NCBI RefSeq assembly: GCF_009914755.1
Contig: NC_060929.1
DNA length: 64,000 bases
Reading direction: 5' to 3' (one strand)
Origin: the human T2T-CHM13v2.0 reference genome, Homo sapiens
Below are positions 13,146 through 26,635 of this stretch, in pieces. Made by a program: the position numbers and the translations under genes. The notes beneath the pieces are model-generated. The model was not told the origin of the DNA. It saw nothing but the letters and a program-made list of their open reading frames with translations, and did not search any database. Within the stretch, counting starts at the first letter, position 1. Every line of letters begins with the position of its first letter.

Positions 13146-13852
13146 TTAACTAGTGTCACAGTGCTGGTGACAGAAGTGTGAGCAAAATGGCTGCTGCACA
13201 GCGAGCATTTTTATGTATGTCTATCTTTTCTCTTCTCCTTTCCTTACCTGCCTCTGAGTGGCTAGTGGCTATCCCTGACTACAAGCCTACTAAACAATAA
13301 GAAGTTATTAACTAGCTATTTTTTACATGCCCATATATCTAACTCTACTGAATGGGGGCTATTTTCCAACTGAAGTATGTGTAAACAAAGTCACCATTCA
13401 AACCTCTGCTGAGTACACATCAGGTACAATGCCCACAGTGTGATCTTTGGAGACACACAAACTGCTAGCTTCTTGTCCTCAAGGAGAGTTCTAGCTGATG
13501 GGACACAAAGGAGGTGCATGCAAACCATTTTCACAGAAGGTGGATGGTAGAAGGAGCATTTGAGCTTGATTTCGGGGTTTAGTTGCACACTTGTTTCTGG
13601 GATCTTGGCACTTGCCTATTTGTTTTCTTTGTAGAAGTTTGGCTTCTTTTTGTGATGTTCTTATGAAAAAACAGCATTAACAAAAACATACTAATCATCC
13701 TTTCTCATCTCTTTTTTGAGTTTGCTTTTCTGTCCCTTTAGCTGTTACATCCATTGCTTACCATTGAGCAATACATAGTAGGTGCTCAATTGCTATTTTT
13801 CTGGTGGATGAATGTAGCTAGCTTACAAAACACTTTGACATCTGTTGACTTA

Positions 13853-14047
13853 CCAGTGCTTCTTAAAGTGTGATCCAAGAAACATCTCACGATATTGTTG
13901 AAAGTAGGACTAGGACTGATTTTAATCTGCTGAGTCAGAATCTCTGAAATGAGGCCTCAGAAATCTGAATTTCTAAGTTATTTCTCTTCCCTTTCTGGCC
14001 CATTTCCCCAGTGATTTTTGTTCACATGAAAATTTGAGAATTACTAT
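13853..14047. mobile_element. MER5A/B hAT-Charlie element
   Basis: cagtgcttcttaaagtgtgatcc...ctgagtcagaatctctg...ccccagtgattttt...aaatttgagaattact. Confidence 0.7.
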
Positions 14048-14406
14048 TTTACATGATCTTCACAAAAATCCTATAAATTAGGTAGGCTGAAAACCATCAG
14101 TTCATTCTAGAAATTAGGAAAATGAACGTAAGTGATTTTGTTTAAAATGATACATTTATAACATGGCAGCTGATAAGAGTATTATTCATAGAGATAGAGC
14201 TAGGCAGAGAGGGAGAAATGTAAGAAGAATTCCTGTCGGCCAGAACCTTGAATTCAGTCACAGACAATGGGGAGTATAAGATGGGCATGGAAAGTGGGAG
14301 GCTGGGGGAGAAAGATAGTTCAGGAGAGTTGCTGCAGTAAATTTAGGCAAAGGGAAGCCAAGGCTTCAGTGAGGACAAGTGTATCAGGTAAGAGAAGGAA
14401 AATGCA

Positions 14407-15442
14407 TAGTTGATTCTCATTATTCACAGATTCCATATTTGCCAATTCACCTACTGGTTACAATTTATTTATAACCTCAAAATCAATACTCAGGGTGTTT
14501 TCACTGCTGTTTACAGGCGTGTGCAGAGGATCAGAAAATTTGAGTTGCCCAATACTCACACTTCCAGCTGAGCTGGAGCAAAATGACACTCTGTGATACA
14601 GTTTGGCTGTGACCCCACCCAAAATCTCATGTTGGATTATAATTCTCATAATCCCCATAATCCCCACGTGTCAAGGGAGAGACCAGGTAGAGGTAATTCA
14701 ATCATAGGGGCAATTTCCCCTATGCTGTTCTCATGATAGTGAGTGAATTCTCACGAGATCTGATGATTTTACAAGTGTTTTGTAGCTCCTCCTGCATTCA
14801 TTCTTCCTCCAGTTACCTTGTATAGAAGGTACCTGCTTCCCCTTTGCCTTCCATCAGGATTGTAGGTTTCCTGAGGCCTCCCCAGCCATGCACAACTGTG
14901 AGTCAATTAAACCTCTTTCCTTTCTAAATTACCCAGTCTCAGGCAGTTTTTTATAGCAGTGTGAAAATGGACTAATACACTCTGCCTTACTGTTTCAGCT
15001 CTCATGCCGTAAACAAGCGTCCTTTTTGTGGTCTAATAGTGCCATTTTTTTGCATTTTTGTGCATTTTATTGGTGATTTAACTGTTTAAAATGACCCCAA
15101 GCATAATACTCAAATGATGTCTAGTTTTCTTAAGTGCAAAAAGGCTCTGATGTGCCTTATGGAGAAAATATGTGTGTTAGATAAGCTTCATTCAAGCACA
15201 AATTATAATGTTCTTGGATACAAGTCCAATGTCCATGAATTAGTGAAGTATATTAAGTGTCTTTAAATAGAAACACACATAAAACAAAGTTACATAATGA
15301 TTGTTCAATGATAATGTTGTGATCATATGTTTATAGGAACCTAGCCCTGTATTTCCCTAGAACCAATGGTTCAATATTCACTAATTTAGTGTCTGTGGCA
15401 ACTTTATAGAACATAACCACTGTGAATAACAAGAATCAACTG
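14407..15442. mobile_element. MER82 (TcMar-Tigger), split by a THE1D LTR
   Basis: Inverted termini agttgattctcattattcac ... gtgaataacaagaatcaactg-TA; internal gatgtgccttatggagaaaatatgtgtgttagataagcttc. Confidence 0.85.
14594..14979 (+). mobile_element. THE1D-like solo LTR (ERVL-MaLR)
   Basis: tgatacagtttggctgtgacccc...ggactaataca (TG..CA) with perfect 5-bp TSD ctctg at 14589-14593 and 14980-14984. Confidence 0.93.
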
Positions 15443-15472
15443 TAATGATTATAGCAAGAACAACTAAAAGTA

Positions 15473-15605
15473 GCTGGGTGTGGTGGCTCACACCTGTAAT
15501 CCCAGCACTCTAGGAGGCTGAGGCGAGAGGATTGCTTGAGCCCAGGAGTTAGAGACCACCCTGGGCAACATAGGGAGACCCCACCTCTACAGAACAAAAC
15601 AAAAT
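15473..15605 (+). mobile_element. FLAM_C / Alu left monomer
   Basis: Single monomer with ggattgcttgagcccaggagtt; TSD gaacaact(a/c)aaagta at 15458-15472 and 15606-15620. Confidence 0.9.
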
Positions 15606-15829
15606 GAACAACTCAAAGTATCTACTCAAAGTAATAAAGTACCAGTCTCTCGGTGCTTTAATAGCAGGGCTATCAACCCTTAACAACACCTGCCCTGCAT
15701 CTGTCATGATCTACACTGCAAGGGTTAGGAAACTGAGGCTCAGGATGGTTGAGTTTATCCTAAGTCACTTCTGAAAGAACTGCCAAGTGCTGGTTTGTGA
15801 TAGATATTTCACAGTCAGAACCAACAGGG

Positions 15830-16435
15830 CTCACTTACTGTTAGGATGGAAGGGAAGGGAAGAAGGGAGTGGCTTAAAAATAATCCCAAGATATCAAGCC
15901 CTGTCACTCAGGAAGGTAGTAATGCCACTAGAAAAAAGAACAGACTGAGAATCAAATGTGTGCACTTGGCATGGTGGAATTTAATTAGAAAGGCAGGACT
16001 TGATTTTACTATAGATTTGGAACTCGTCCACAAAGATGCATTTATAGTCAGAAAAGAGGATGAGACACAATCCCCACCACCACCACCACCACCAGAAGAA
16101 AGTAGAACTTGAAAATGCTTGTATTTAAGGGAGTGAGGGTGCAAGGGAAAGCAAAGAAAGGGAACAAAAACCACATCCAAAACCAAGGAGAGAAGAAAGA
16201 AATTGCAGGATAACGGAAGCAAAAATGAATTTTCCATAAAAGACAGAAGAGACGGTCCATAGTATGAGACACTCAGAAAGGGCAAGCAGCATGAAGACTC
16301 AGAAAAGGTCACCACATTTGCTGATAGAATGTCATTAGTGACCTTTGGGAAAGCAGTTTCTGTCAATGATAGGGACTGAAGACAGAGAAAGAAATAGTGA
16401 CTAGGAAATGGAGGCTGCAGATGTGGACTGCTCTT
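15830..16435 (-). mobile_element. L2 LINE fragment
   Basis: gtcattagtgacctttgggaaagcagtttctg and ggaaatggaggctgcagatgtggactgctctt are antisense L2 motifs; contains a short (CCA)n. Confidence 0.7.
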
Positions 16436-17596
16436 CGCTCTTCTCCCATCTGCAAATTCCAGAGGGACGAAATGGAATGATCACCTTAAAAGGAGAGTGG
16501 AACAGTCTTGGAGACCAGAAAACGGAGACCACAAAAACTGGAACAGCAAGAAATGTGGTTTCAAAACACAGGAGAGACTGAAAAAGGAGGAACAAGCAAA
16601 TCTCTCCCATGGAAAGAGAAGTCATTTCTTCTTTTTGAGACAGTGTGCAGCTTACATCTGCTGATCTGTAGAAACAGAAATCTAAAGTTCTCAGCTAAGT
16701 TCTAAACTGATAAACATGGTCATCTGAAAAATGAATAAACTGCAAGAAAGATTTGGACACTTGGTGTTTTCAGTCTCAGAGATAATATGTCAGGACATCC
16801 TCAATGCTGATGGGAGCATATCTAGTCATTTAAGGAAATAACATTGTTGGAGAAATAGACTACAGTTTTAAAGCAGGAATAGTTACTTGGCTACTTCTAA
16901 AAAGTTATGACCTAGAAATCTTGCTGAATCTGCTTTTGCCATTAATAATAACTAGGAGCCGGCATTTTCAGGCAGACACCATGCTAAAGTTCTTTACAAA
17001 TAAAACAACAACAACAAAAAAAAACACTTAAATCCCTCAAGTAGGTTAAATGTTTCCTATCCTTACTTGTCTGTTTTCCTTGTTTATCAAGAAATGTGGC
17101 AAATTTTTTATATACAGATGTTGCAGAAGCAAACTTCAGCCAAGCTTATGCTTAATTGTCACAAAACTCCAAATGAATAAGACCTGACTGCCTAACTCCA
17201 CACCCTGGCTATACCTGAATACCCTTAATTTCCCTGCCCATGGGCATGGGAAAGTGGGCTAGGCAATTTGAATGCATCTTGGTTAAGTCTCCTCAATGAT
17301 AAAATGCTTCCAGACATAAGATGTTCCAAACAACCTGTTCCAGGGAAATACCGTGTAGAAGCTGATGAGTAATAGCAGCTTGCTCAGCTAAGCCCAGCCA
17401 TGAGAATTGAGTTATTAAAATTTGATATGCTAGGGAAGCTATTCTAACCCTGGGTCCAGCTCACAGCTGTCACTGAGTACAGCGGAAATTGCTCACCACC
17501 ACCTGATACTCCTGTATAGAGGCCTCGTGCTGGACCTCTTGGTAACTGGAAGCCCTCTAGCTGTATCCCTACCCCCAGGGATTATGTAGTTGGCCT

Positions 17597-17775
17597 GACC
17601 TGGGTTCAGACCCCAACTATGTCAGGAAAGTGTGGTGCAAATTCAGGCAACTTAGCATTTCTGAGCCTGTAAAATGGGAGCATAAGGCTTTTGTAAGATG
17701 CAAGCAAGAATGTATATGAAGCACTTAGCAGTGGATATGATACATAATAGGCTACAAAGACGATGCTTTCTATTA
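17597..17775 (+). mobile_element. MIR SINE
   Basis: gacctgggttcagacccc...ctgtaaaatggg...gtatatgaagcacttagca. Confidence 0.7.
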
Positions 17776-17799
17776 CCCCTTAGTACTATTTGCTACTTT

Positions 17800-18310
17800 A
17801 TATGCTAAGCAATTTAATGTTTCTATGGTTTTATTCTTTTTAAGTGAGATTCCAGTAATCTGTGTGCATCGTGGCAACTCAAATGACACAGAGGGGTGCA
17901 AAGAAAACCTTAATTTTCTCTTCCTCCTTTCCAGTACATCCTCCACTCTCCCTGAGGTATCCAATGGTCAGTTTCATAGGGATCCCTCACACCTTTCTCT
18001 TTCCTCACAGGAATACATACGTAATCATCAGAGATTGTTTTCCCTAAGTTCATATGTATTGTTTTTGTTGTTGTTTTATCAAAATGAAATCATAATGTCC
18101 TTAAAGTTACTCTTTCTACTTTCACAAATATCTCTCTTGGGTCAATATTATAAATCAACTTATTCTTTTGAAGAGCCACATGTTATCCAAAACAGCCTGT
18201 TAATATAATGAGTACATAGTATAATGCTACTGTAATTGACTCAACCAACCTCCTACTGATGGAAAGTTAGGCTACTTATAGCTTTGTTTATCTAGCAGAA
18301 ATATTGTCAT
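17800..18310 (-). mobile_element. Ancient L1ME 3' relic
   Basis: ccctgaggtatccaatggtcagttt, aaaatgaaatcata, aaccaacctcctactgatggaaagttagg. Confidence 0.55.
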
Positions 18311-20039
18311 TAGTAATAGTAGTAATGTTCCATTATGGTCATAAGATTGGGCCACCAGAAATATCCCTGTTTTGGTGAGAAAACCAGAATTTATAGTTAA
18401 ATCCTATATTCTGCATTGTTTTTTCTTCCTCAACTCCCCTTTCTCTCTCACATACCCCTCTATCTTCCCCTCCATCACCCTCCCTCTTTCTTCCTCTTTC
18501 CCTTCCCCACTTCCCTCCCTTTCTCTTTCCTCTGCAGAAAAACCTGGAAACAAGGGGACATTGAAGGTTTGTTTTCATTTCTGTAGTTTATTGGATCTGG
18601 CCATCGGGGATCCTATAGTTATTTTTGTGACAAAGTATTAGTTGTAAGAGGACTTTGCAATCCCTAAGCAAGAGGTCTTACAGAAATGAATTACCAGGTT
18701 GTACTCTCCCTGCTCAGTGGACACGCTGTCCCATCCCTGATCAGCTCATTCTATTCTATTAGTACCCTCAGGAAAACCAGAAATACAAGCATTCTCTTAA
18801 GCAGAGGAGAGTTCTTATTTCACTCTGGAGAAGAAACGTTGGAATTTTTTTTTACAATTTATGTTGTAAACTGCATCTTTGAGTCTGCAGGCTCAGAGGC
18901 ATAAACTGTTTCCTAGAGTGTTGTTTGCTCTCTTCTTTCCATAGCTTCTGCTTCTGGCACATGCCAGGATTAAGTTGATTGTAAGGACAGAGACCCAAAG
19001 TCTTACTCTCCCGTGGTGGTTCCCACAGTTGGCTAGTGCTGGACCCATGGTGGCAGTGACAAGGGCTGGAGAAGGAGGATAGGGCTGGGCTCAGTGGGAT
19101 AAGTGCTGGCTTCCAGGGCAGGGAAGAGCTGGCTCAGACAAGCCCTCATCCCTCTGCCTGGCAAGGAGAAAATTAAATTTAGTCTAACACACTATATTCA
19201 GTTCAATTTACAGTGTTTTGGTCACTTTTAGTTTAAAAGTCTCTCCCAGGTATTAAGTCCAATTTACATCCTGTCAGTATTTGGGAACTACCCACCATTC
19301 AGAGTTTTCTCTCCAGGGCTCCCACAGATGCACACACACTTACTGATTCCAGGTATCTTGAGGTCTCACTCCAAGCAGAAAGGGTAGGTAGGTGGAGGGA
19401 GACTGTCTTTTTATTGGTGCCTCTCCAAATACCCCTTCTCTATCCTCCTGGAACTGGAGGCATGGAAGATTCCACCTGCCTTCATTAGCCTCTCTGCCTT
19501 GGCCTTTGTTCTGCAAGGTGTACTCAGTGTGTACCTTGTCATAGGACAGCGAGCTTCTCCCTGGTCCAGGCCCACAGGAGTCTGCCATGCTAGCTCAAGT
19601 TTGCAGGGATTCAGTAAGCTTTGCCATCTGCTTTCTCCCTCTGCCACCCTACCACCTCTGCTGCTCTGTCCAGCTCCCTAAGGGTTTCTGCTTAGGAAAC
19701 TCCCATCAAAAAGTGGGTACTGGACCTTGTATTAATAGTCACTCCAAAACTGTCGAGAACATTCTCTGGAGATCACTTCTTGACTTTCTCCAAAGTTCCT
19801 CTCCTCTCTTTCCCAGTCCTTTTATTCCTTCTGTCTTGGTGGCAAATAACCACCGCCCCCCATCCCCCCCACCCCCACTAAACCAGTTATGCTTTATTTT
19901 CTACTTGGTATTGACTGGGAGAATCTGCCCCCAGGAAATACATTTCTTATCATTTAGAAGATGAAGGACACAAACTCTCTGGCTGTCAACTGTGAGCTTG
20001 CCTTCTATAATTGGGCACTGATGGGGGTAGGGACAGGCA

Positions 20040-20270
20040 AACAACCAGTTGGAGCAGGGAAGGCATCTTTTTGTGACATTTTACATCACCTTGTGCCATA
20101 ATTATATAATTAATTTTGTGACCAGTTGCTTTACATCAGCTTCTCATTTGCTGGAGGAGGCAGCCCGTCTCATGGTGACAACATCCATGTTTTTGTTCAC
20201 TGTTATAGCTCTAACACTGCATGTGACCTGCCATGTAATAGGTGCTCAGTTAATGTTCGCTGGGTGAATA
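20040..20270 (+). mobile_element. L2 3' end
   Basis: cctgccatgtaataggtgctcagttaatgttcgctgggtgaataa is the L2 terminal motif. Confidence 0.65.
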
Positions 20271-20775
20271 AAGGAGCCATCAAACCAGTGCCCAGGGTCA
20301 GAACCTGACCACCTACAAAGGCGAGTTCTGTCAACTTCACAAGGGCTGACTGATGCTCCTTTAAGTCCTCATCCAAAGACCAGAGTTAATAATACCTGTG
20401 GCCAGGATAGCCAGATTGAGCAATTGGTAGAAGAGAGGCAAGGATTTGGGGAACCAGGTAGGACCTAACAAAAGCAGATGGCTATCTGCTAACTACAAGT
20501 CTCCTAGTCTGAAATGCAAGTGTTTATGTCTAAATATGAAGAACAAGACTCTTTGTCTGCCAGTGCAAGGTTCCAGCTGTCATCCACAGTCATTTTCTAT
20601 ACCTTACTTGGGTTGAATTCCAAAGGAAAGAGAGAAAAGAATCTAAATCCCATCCACTTTGCTCTTTTATTTGAAAGGGTTTTGTCTGTGTGCCTGGGTG
20701 CACGTGATTAAAATCCACAAGTGTGGAGCTCTCTCTTCATTTTTATAGACATTTGTTATTCCCAATTTTATGTGG

Positions 20776-20930
20776 GAGGCAGTGTAATATAATGTAAAAG
20801 GTTGAAATCCAAATTCAGCTACTTGTTAGTTGTATGGCCTGTTACTAAATTTTCGAAGCATCAGTTTCCTTATCAGCAAAACAAGGGAATGGGCTTGTAA
20901 TAAATACTAAATAAATGTTAGCATATGTAA
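20776..20930 (+). mobile_element. MIR SINE
   Basis: gaggcagtgtaatataatg...cagtttccttatcagcaaaacaaggg. Confidence 0.6.
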
Positions 20931-21024
20931 CAGGCAGAAAGAAAACACACCTCACACTCTTGCCACTCCTTGTCAATTAGTCTCATGAATGCCATGTAAA
21001 CCCAATTGCATTCATTTCTTTATA

Positions 21025-21805
21025 AACTCACTCATTTGACAAACCCTTCTTGAGCCACCACAATACAGTTGCTAAGACCACAAGCTCTGGAGCTCTACTA
21101 TCTAGATTTGAATTCTTAATATTTATGTACTGGCTGGGTCACCTTGGGCAAGTTATTTAACCTCTCCATTCCTCCAAACCCCCATCTGCAAAGCAAGTAT
21201 ACCAATAGCATTTATTTCATGGATGATTATGAGGATTAATTAGGTTCATGCATGAAGAAGTTGGCAAGTACCCAAACAAATGTTAGCCACTTTTATGACT
21301 ATGAGCCAGGCACCATGCTAGGGGTGGGATACAGTGTTAAGTAAAAATAGATGCAAACTCTGACCTAACAAAGCTTACAACCCAGCAGGAAATGTGGCTT
21401 ACAAATAATTACACAATATTCTTATAATTATAATCATGCTAAGTGCTAGGAAAGCAATGTAAAGAGGTCAATGGGCAGATGGACCAGAAACTTGATCTGG
21501 AATATGTGGAAAAGGGGCCTCCCAGTGAAGTGACAGTAAAGCTGTGCTTTGAGAATTAGAGAGATTTGGTCAGGCAAAAGGCAGAGGAAATGGCAGGTGC
21601 AAAGGTCCTGTGGTGGACAGAACCACAGCAAGCTAGAAAAACTGAGACTTATCTGGTGTTGTTGGGGGGAAACAAAGGGTGACCAGGCTGGAGGCACGGG
21701 CAGGCACCAGATGGTGCGGGCCTTTGGAAGCAAAGTGAAGATTTCAGACTTGCTCCAAAGAGTATCAGAAACCATCAAGGGGTTTTAAGCAGGGAAGTGA
21801 TATGG
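21025..21805 (-). mobile_element. L2 3' region with a MIR (+, about 21065-21300) nested in it
   Basis: L2: gccaggcaccatgctaggg...tgcaaaggtcctgtgg...ggttttaagcagggaagtgatatg. MIR core: accttgggcaagttatttaacctctc. Confidence 0.75.
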
Positions 21806-22239
21806 CAACTTTCTCACTGTCTTTTTCTATCTTTAGAGCTACAAGATGAGATTAGGACATGGCCCTTTGGCTACTGAGGCATCCTAATGCTTTCTTTCTT
21901 CACAGCTTCGTTAGGTAATTCATCTCAGCAGTCTAAAAGCTAGGGACAAATCTGGGAAAACTCTAGGGCCTGAAAAACTTGATTCTTCAACCATTGCTGT
22001 CTAGCATTCCCCACTAGAGGATGCAATTCTAGAGGAAAATGGTAACACATATTTTTCTTTTCCAATTACACCCTCAGTGCTTACCATACCATAAGGTGTG
22101 ATATAAATTGATCCATGCATAAATGGTGGCTGTTCAGAACCATCACCAATACTGACATCATTAGGAGCTCAAGAACACCAACCCCAGGTTCCTTTTCACT
22201 CTGGTCTTTATGATTTTGGTGGGTGGGACAGGGGCCTCA

Positions 22240-22460
22240 ACAACGGCTTCCTCCTTTGAAGCCCTGGTGCGGCGTGAGTCAGTTATTTCTGATTTTAGGC
22301 AGCTCTGAGGTTCACAGGGACAAGATGTTGTGACACTGCTTTGCTTTATTTCTATAGTTTTCTTTGAGCAGCCATTTGTTCCCTCCTCTTGTACCTCTTT
22401 GAAAAGCTCCCGATTCCCCATGAAGGATTGAATTCATTTGCATTACAATACATTGTGTTC
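22240..22460. promoter_or_regulatory. Candidate enhancer (SOX-OCT composite, TCF/LEF, AP-1 motifs)
   Basis: In apparently unique sequence: CCTTTGAA 22253-22260, TGAGTCA 22275-22281, CTTTGAA 22397-22403, ATTTGCATTACAATA 22436-22450, CATTGT 22451-22456. Motif evidence only. Confidence 0.4.
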
Positions 22461-23669
22461 TGAGCCAGAGTGTCTGTGCTGGTGAAACCTTCCCTTGATC
22501 AAACTCCACGACTTCTGTAGAGTGTTTGGAGAGGCACAATGCTTTTTTTGCTATGCCTGAGGAGTATGTTTTGAGAAGAAAACATTGCATTCTCTGTGTA
22601 ACAAATCATACCTGTCAGGTAGGCTGTCCATCTTAGAGACAATTAAGCACAAGCCCAAACTCTCTGCAGTTTTCCCTGGACCATAGCTGATTTCTCAAGG
22701 ACTGATTAAACAGCAAATGCAAAGTCTCTACAGACAAATATAGGTCATCTTCCCCTTCAATGGCTGAATTCTATCTGCAGCCAGAGCTCCTGCATGTCAG
22801 ACCCCAACAAGGTTTTGTTTTACATTGCAAACACAAGCAGGCTCATAGAACCCTCTGCCCCGCCGACAGACTCCAGACCTCAGCTCCCCCTGCACAAACG
22901 CAAGGCTGTCCCTCCTGCCAAAATCCCAGGACTTGAACCAAATGTAAAAACAGTAGAATTCAATTCAGGTTCAGTTTAGGGAATATTTTTATTTTCTGGT
23001 TGAATAATTCTAGAAAAGATATAGGTTTAGTCCTGAGTCCAGCTGGCTTATTGGATTTATGTATTTAAAAACAACTTTGATTTGCTTCCTAGCTTGCTTT
23101 AAAATAACCTGGGCTCAATCTGATTCTGGGAATGAGAATGACCCATTCCCGCTTCTGCTTAGTGCTCAGTTCAAGACCCTGTGCCCTACATAGAAAGCTA
23201 AATGAAGCTCAGTTCTGAAAAATAAATCTTCCTAGTCTGACTGTGCTTGGGACCCAAGGACAATTGAAAAAGCCCCAAAGTTCCTTTTAAACAAAGAGTT
23301 GGTCTATAGATAATTTTAATAAAAACATTTTTACTTTTTGGCAATGACCATAGATCAGCCTTCCGTAGGGCAAGGGAAGCCTGGGGGGTGGTGGTTGTTG
23401 CTAGCAACTATCCTGGAAACTTGGCAGCTGATCTAAGTTATTCTAAGAAATAAAAAATTGACTTTTGTCCAATTCTAATCATGGGATTTGAGGGATCAGA
23501 GAGAAGCATTTAGCCCATCAGGGGAACTAAGGTGTCTCCCCTTTTCTCAATCCTTCATTGTCTACATGTTCGTGATTCCTCTTGCTATACCTGGAACCAA
23601 GCATTGGGCCAAATATATAATAGGTGTTTTCTAGGTGTAAGTTGCATTAATTCCAACTCTTACCTTGTA

Positions 23670-23890
23670 GAAGTTAGGATTAGATTGGCTGCAAGAAACA
23701 TAAATTCCCAAGAGTGACTTAAATGAGATTGAAACTGGTTTCTCTGTAGTGTAGAAGCAGTTCAGAGGTACATGGTCCAGGGCTGACTTGGCATCACCGT
23801 GATGGTCTAGAACCCAGTTTTCCCTCTGCCATTCATACTGAGTAAACCTGTTTCTCCACCAAGGAAGTAAGAAAGAAGGATGTTCCCCTC
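23670..23890. mobile_element. Old ERVL/MaLR LTR fragment (LTR33/MLT1-like)
   Basis: gttaggattagattggctgcaagaaacata...gtgacttaaa...ttcagaggtacatggtccagggctg. Confidence 0.55.
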
Positions 23891-25964
23891 ACTCTTTTTA
23901 AGTTACTCATTGTGAAATGTAACAGACATATAGAAAAACATAAAAATACATTATCATAAAACAAACACATAACCAATACCCAGGTCAGAAAATAGAATAT
24001 TGGCAGCAGCCCAGAAGTTCCCCTCTAGGTTTTTGCCTAACCTTTCCCCTTACCACCATCACTCCCAAAAAGAAAACTACTAGGCTGACTTTAATAGTTG
24101 ACAGTCCTTACTTTTCTTTATAGTTTTATCAGTTAAGTTTTATCCCCATAGGCTACAGCTTAGAATTGCCTGTACTTAAGATCTTTATAAGTGGAATCAT
24201 GCAGTGTGTATAATTGTTTGTCTGATTTCTTTTGCTCAATATTATGTTCATGAGATTCATCCATATTGTTGTGTGTAGAAATGGTTTTCACTGTTGTGTG
24301 CAATTCTAGTAAATGAACAGTAGTATCTCATTGTGCTTTTTATTTGTGCTTTCCTGATTACTAATGTAGTTGAGCACTTTTTTTGTGGCTTTTAGTCATT
24401 TGGATAACTTCTTTTGTGAATTACCTGCTTAAATCTCTCATCTATATTTTAATTAGCATTTTCTGTTTTATTTATTTATAAGAACTCTGCATATTCTGGA
24501 TACAGTTTGTCAGTTATTGGGATATAAATATCTTCTCACACTTTGTGGCTTTGCCTTTTCATTCCCATAAGAGTGTATTCTGATGGTAAAAGTCCCTACT
24601 TTTAATGTAGTCAAAATTATCCATTTTTTTCTTTGTGGTTAGCAGTTTTGGTTTCTGGTTAAGAAATCTTTCTATGCCCTGAGGCCATAAGAAAATTTTC
24701 CTATGTTATTTTCTACAAGCTTTACTATTTTGCCTTTCGCATTTTCGGTCTACCATCCTCCCAAGATTGACTTTTATATATGTGTGAGACGAGGTCAAAT
24801 ATTCCCCCAACTAGATAGCCAGTAGTTCTAGTACCATTTGTTAAAAAAGTCATTCATTTCCTACTCCTCTGCAGTGTCACCTTTTCCATTAGTCACATCA
24901 CATGTTCATATATGCACGGTTCTGTTTCTGAGCTTTCTATTCTAGTCCATTGATTTATTTGTCTCTCCTAGGTTTCAATCCTGCATTGTAAAAATTACAA
25001 TGTAGCTTTATAGTAGATCTTAATATCCAGTAGAGCCTGTTTTTTTCATTTTCTTCTCCAAAGATATCTTGACTTTTCTTGGCCCCTTGTATTTCTCTCT
25101 GTTTCAGGATCAGTTTGTCGAATTACCCATGCACACAGATACGACGTAAATCTGGTGGACTCTTGATTGGAATTTCTTTAAATTTATAGATCAAATCTAG
25201 GGAGAGATGACATCTATATAGTCCATAGTTTTCAAACCTGTGAATGTGGCACATTCCTCTTTTTAATTAGATCTTCTTTAATTTCTGTAAATAATATTTT
25301 ACAATTTTCTGTGTGAAGTTCTTTCACATAGGTTATTCCAAGGTATTTGATTATTTTAAGGTTATTGTAACCATACCTTTAAATTTCATTTTCTAACGGG
25401 CATATAGAAATGTAATAAATGCTCATATTCTGATCTTGTACTGACAATTTTTTCGAAGCTTAGTTGTTAATTCTAATGATTCTTCTATAGATTACTGTGA
25501 GTCTTTTACAAATATAATTATCTCTATAATTAATGGCAGTTTTATTAATGAAAGTTTTCTACCTTTTCAATCCTTATACCTTTGTGTTTATTTTAAATTT
25601 CTTTCACTGTATTTGCTAAGACTTCCACTGCAAGGTTGATTAGAAGTGACAATAGTGAGCATCCATTCTAGTTTGTGATCTCACAGGGAAATTTTTTAAT
25701 ATTTCACCACTAAGTTGATTGTTTGCTCTAAGTTATCTGTAAATATCACATTTCAGGTTAATAGACTTCTTCTATTCTAAATTTCCTAAGATATTTTAAA
25801 AATCATAAATGGATATTGAATTTAATTAACTGCTTTCACTGTATCTACTGAGACGATCATATAATGATCTTTTTTGTTGTTGTTAATGTAGGAAATCACA
25901 TTGATTTTTTTTTTTTCTAATGTAAAACCCAGCCGACATTCCAGGAATCAACCCAACTGGTTCA

Positions 25965-26635
25965 TGAAATATAGAAAGTAGATTGGTAGTTACAAAAGGC
26001 TGGGAAGATACAGAGGAGGGAAAATTAAAAGAGGTATATAAATGGGTATAAATATACAGTTTGATGGAGGAAATAAGACCTACTGTTTGATAGATCAGTA
26101 GGATGACAATAATTTACAATAATCTCTTTTGTGTTTCAAAATAGCTGCGAGATAATAATTTGAATTTTTGTAGCATATAGAAAAGCCACAAATTTAAGGT
26201 GATGGATATCCCAATTTTACTGATTTGATTTTTTCAAATTATGTAAATGTATTATCACATGTATCCTGAAAATATGTACATCTTTTTTTGTTTGTTTGCT
26301 TGTTTTTGAGACAGAGTCTCACTCTGTTGCCCAGGCTGGAGTCCAGTGGTGCAATCTGAGCTCACTGCAATCTCCACCTCCTAGGTTCAAATGATTCTCC
26401 TGTCTCAGCCTCCTTGGTAGCTGGGATTGCAGGTGCCTGCCACCACGTCTGGCTAATTTTTTTTTTTTTTTTTTTTTGTATTTTTGTATTTTTAGTAGAG
26501 ATGGGGTTTCACTGTGTTGGCAAGGCTGATCTCGAACTCCTGACCTCAGGTGATCCACCCACCTCAGCCTCCCAAAAGTGCTGGGATTACAGGCTGTGTA
26601 CATCTATTTGGTATCACTTTAAAAAAATTTAAAAG
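25965..26635 (+). mobile_element. L1MA-type 3'UTR fragment, split by AluSx
   Basis: agaaagtagattggtagttacaaaaggctggg...ttaaggtgatggatatcccaatt...atcacatgtatcctgaaaatatgtacatct. Confidence 0.8.
26284..26594 (-). mobile_element. AluSx-like, lacking its first ~20 nt
   Basis: tgacctcaggtgatccacccacctcagcc; TSD tgtacatct at 26275-26283 and 26597-26605; expanded middle A-run. Confidence 0.93.

Noticed and set aside
22161-22421. 86-aa minus-strand ORF as a small protein
   Set aside because: No recognisable domain or exon structure; length is within chance expectation.
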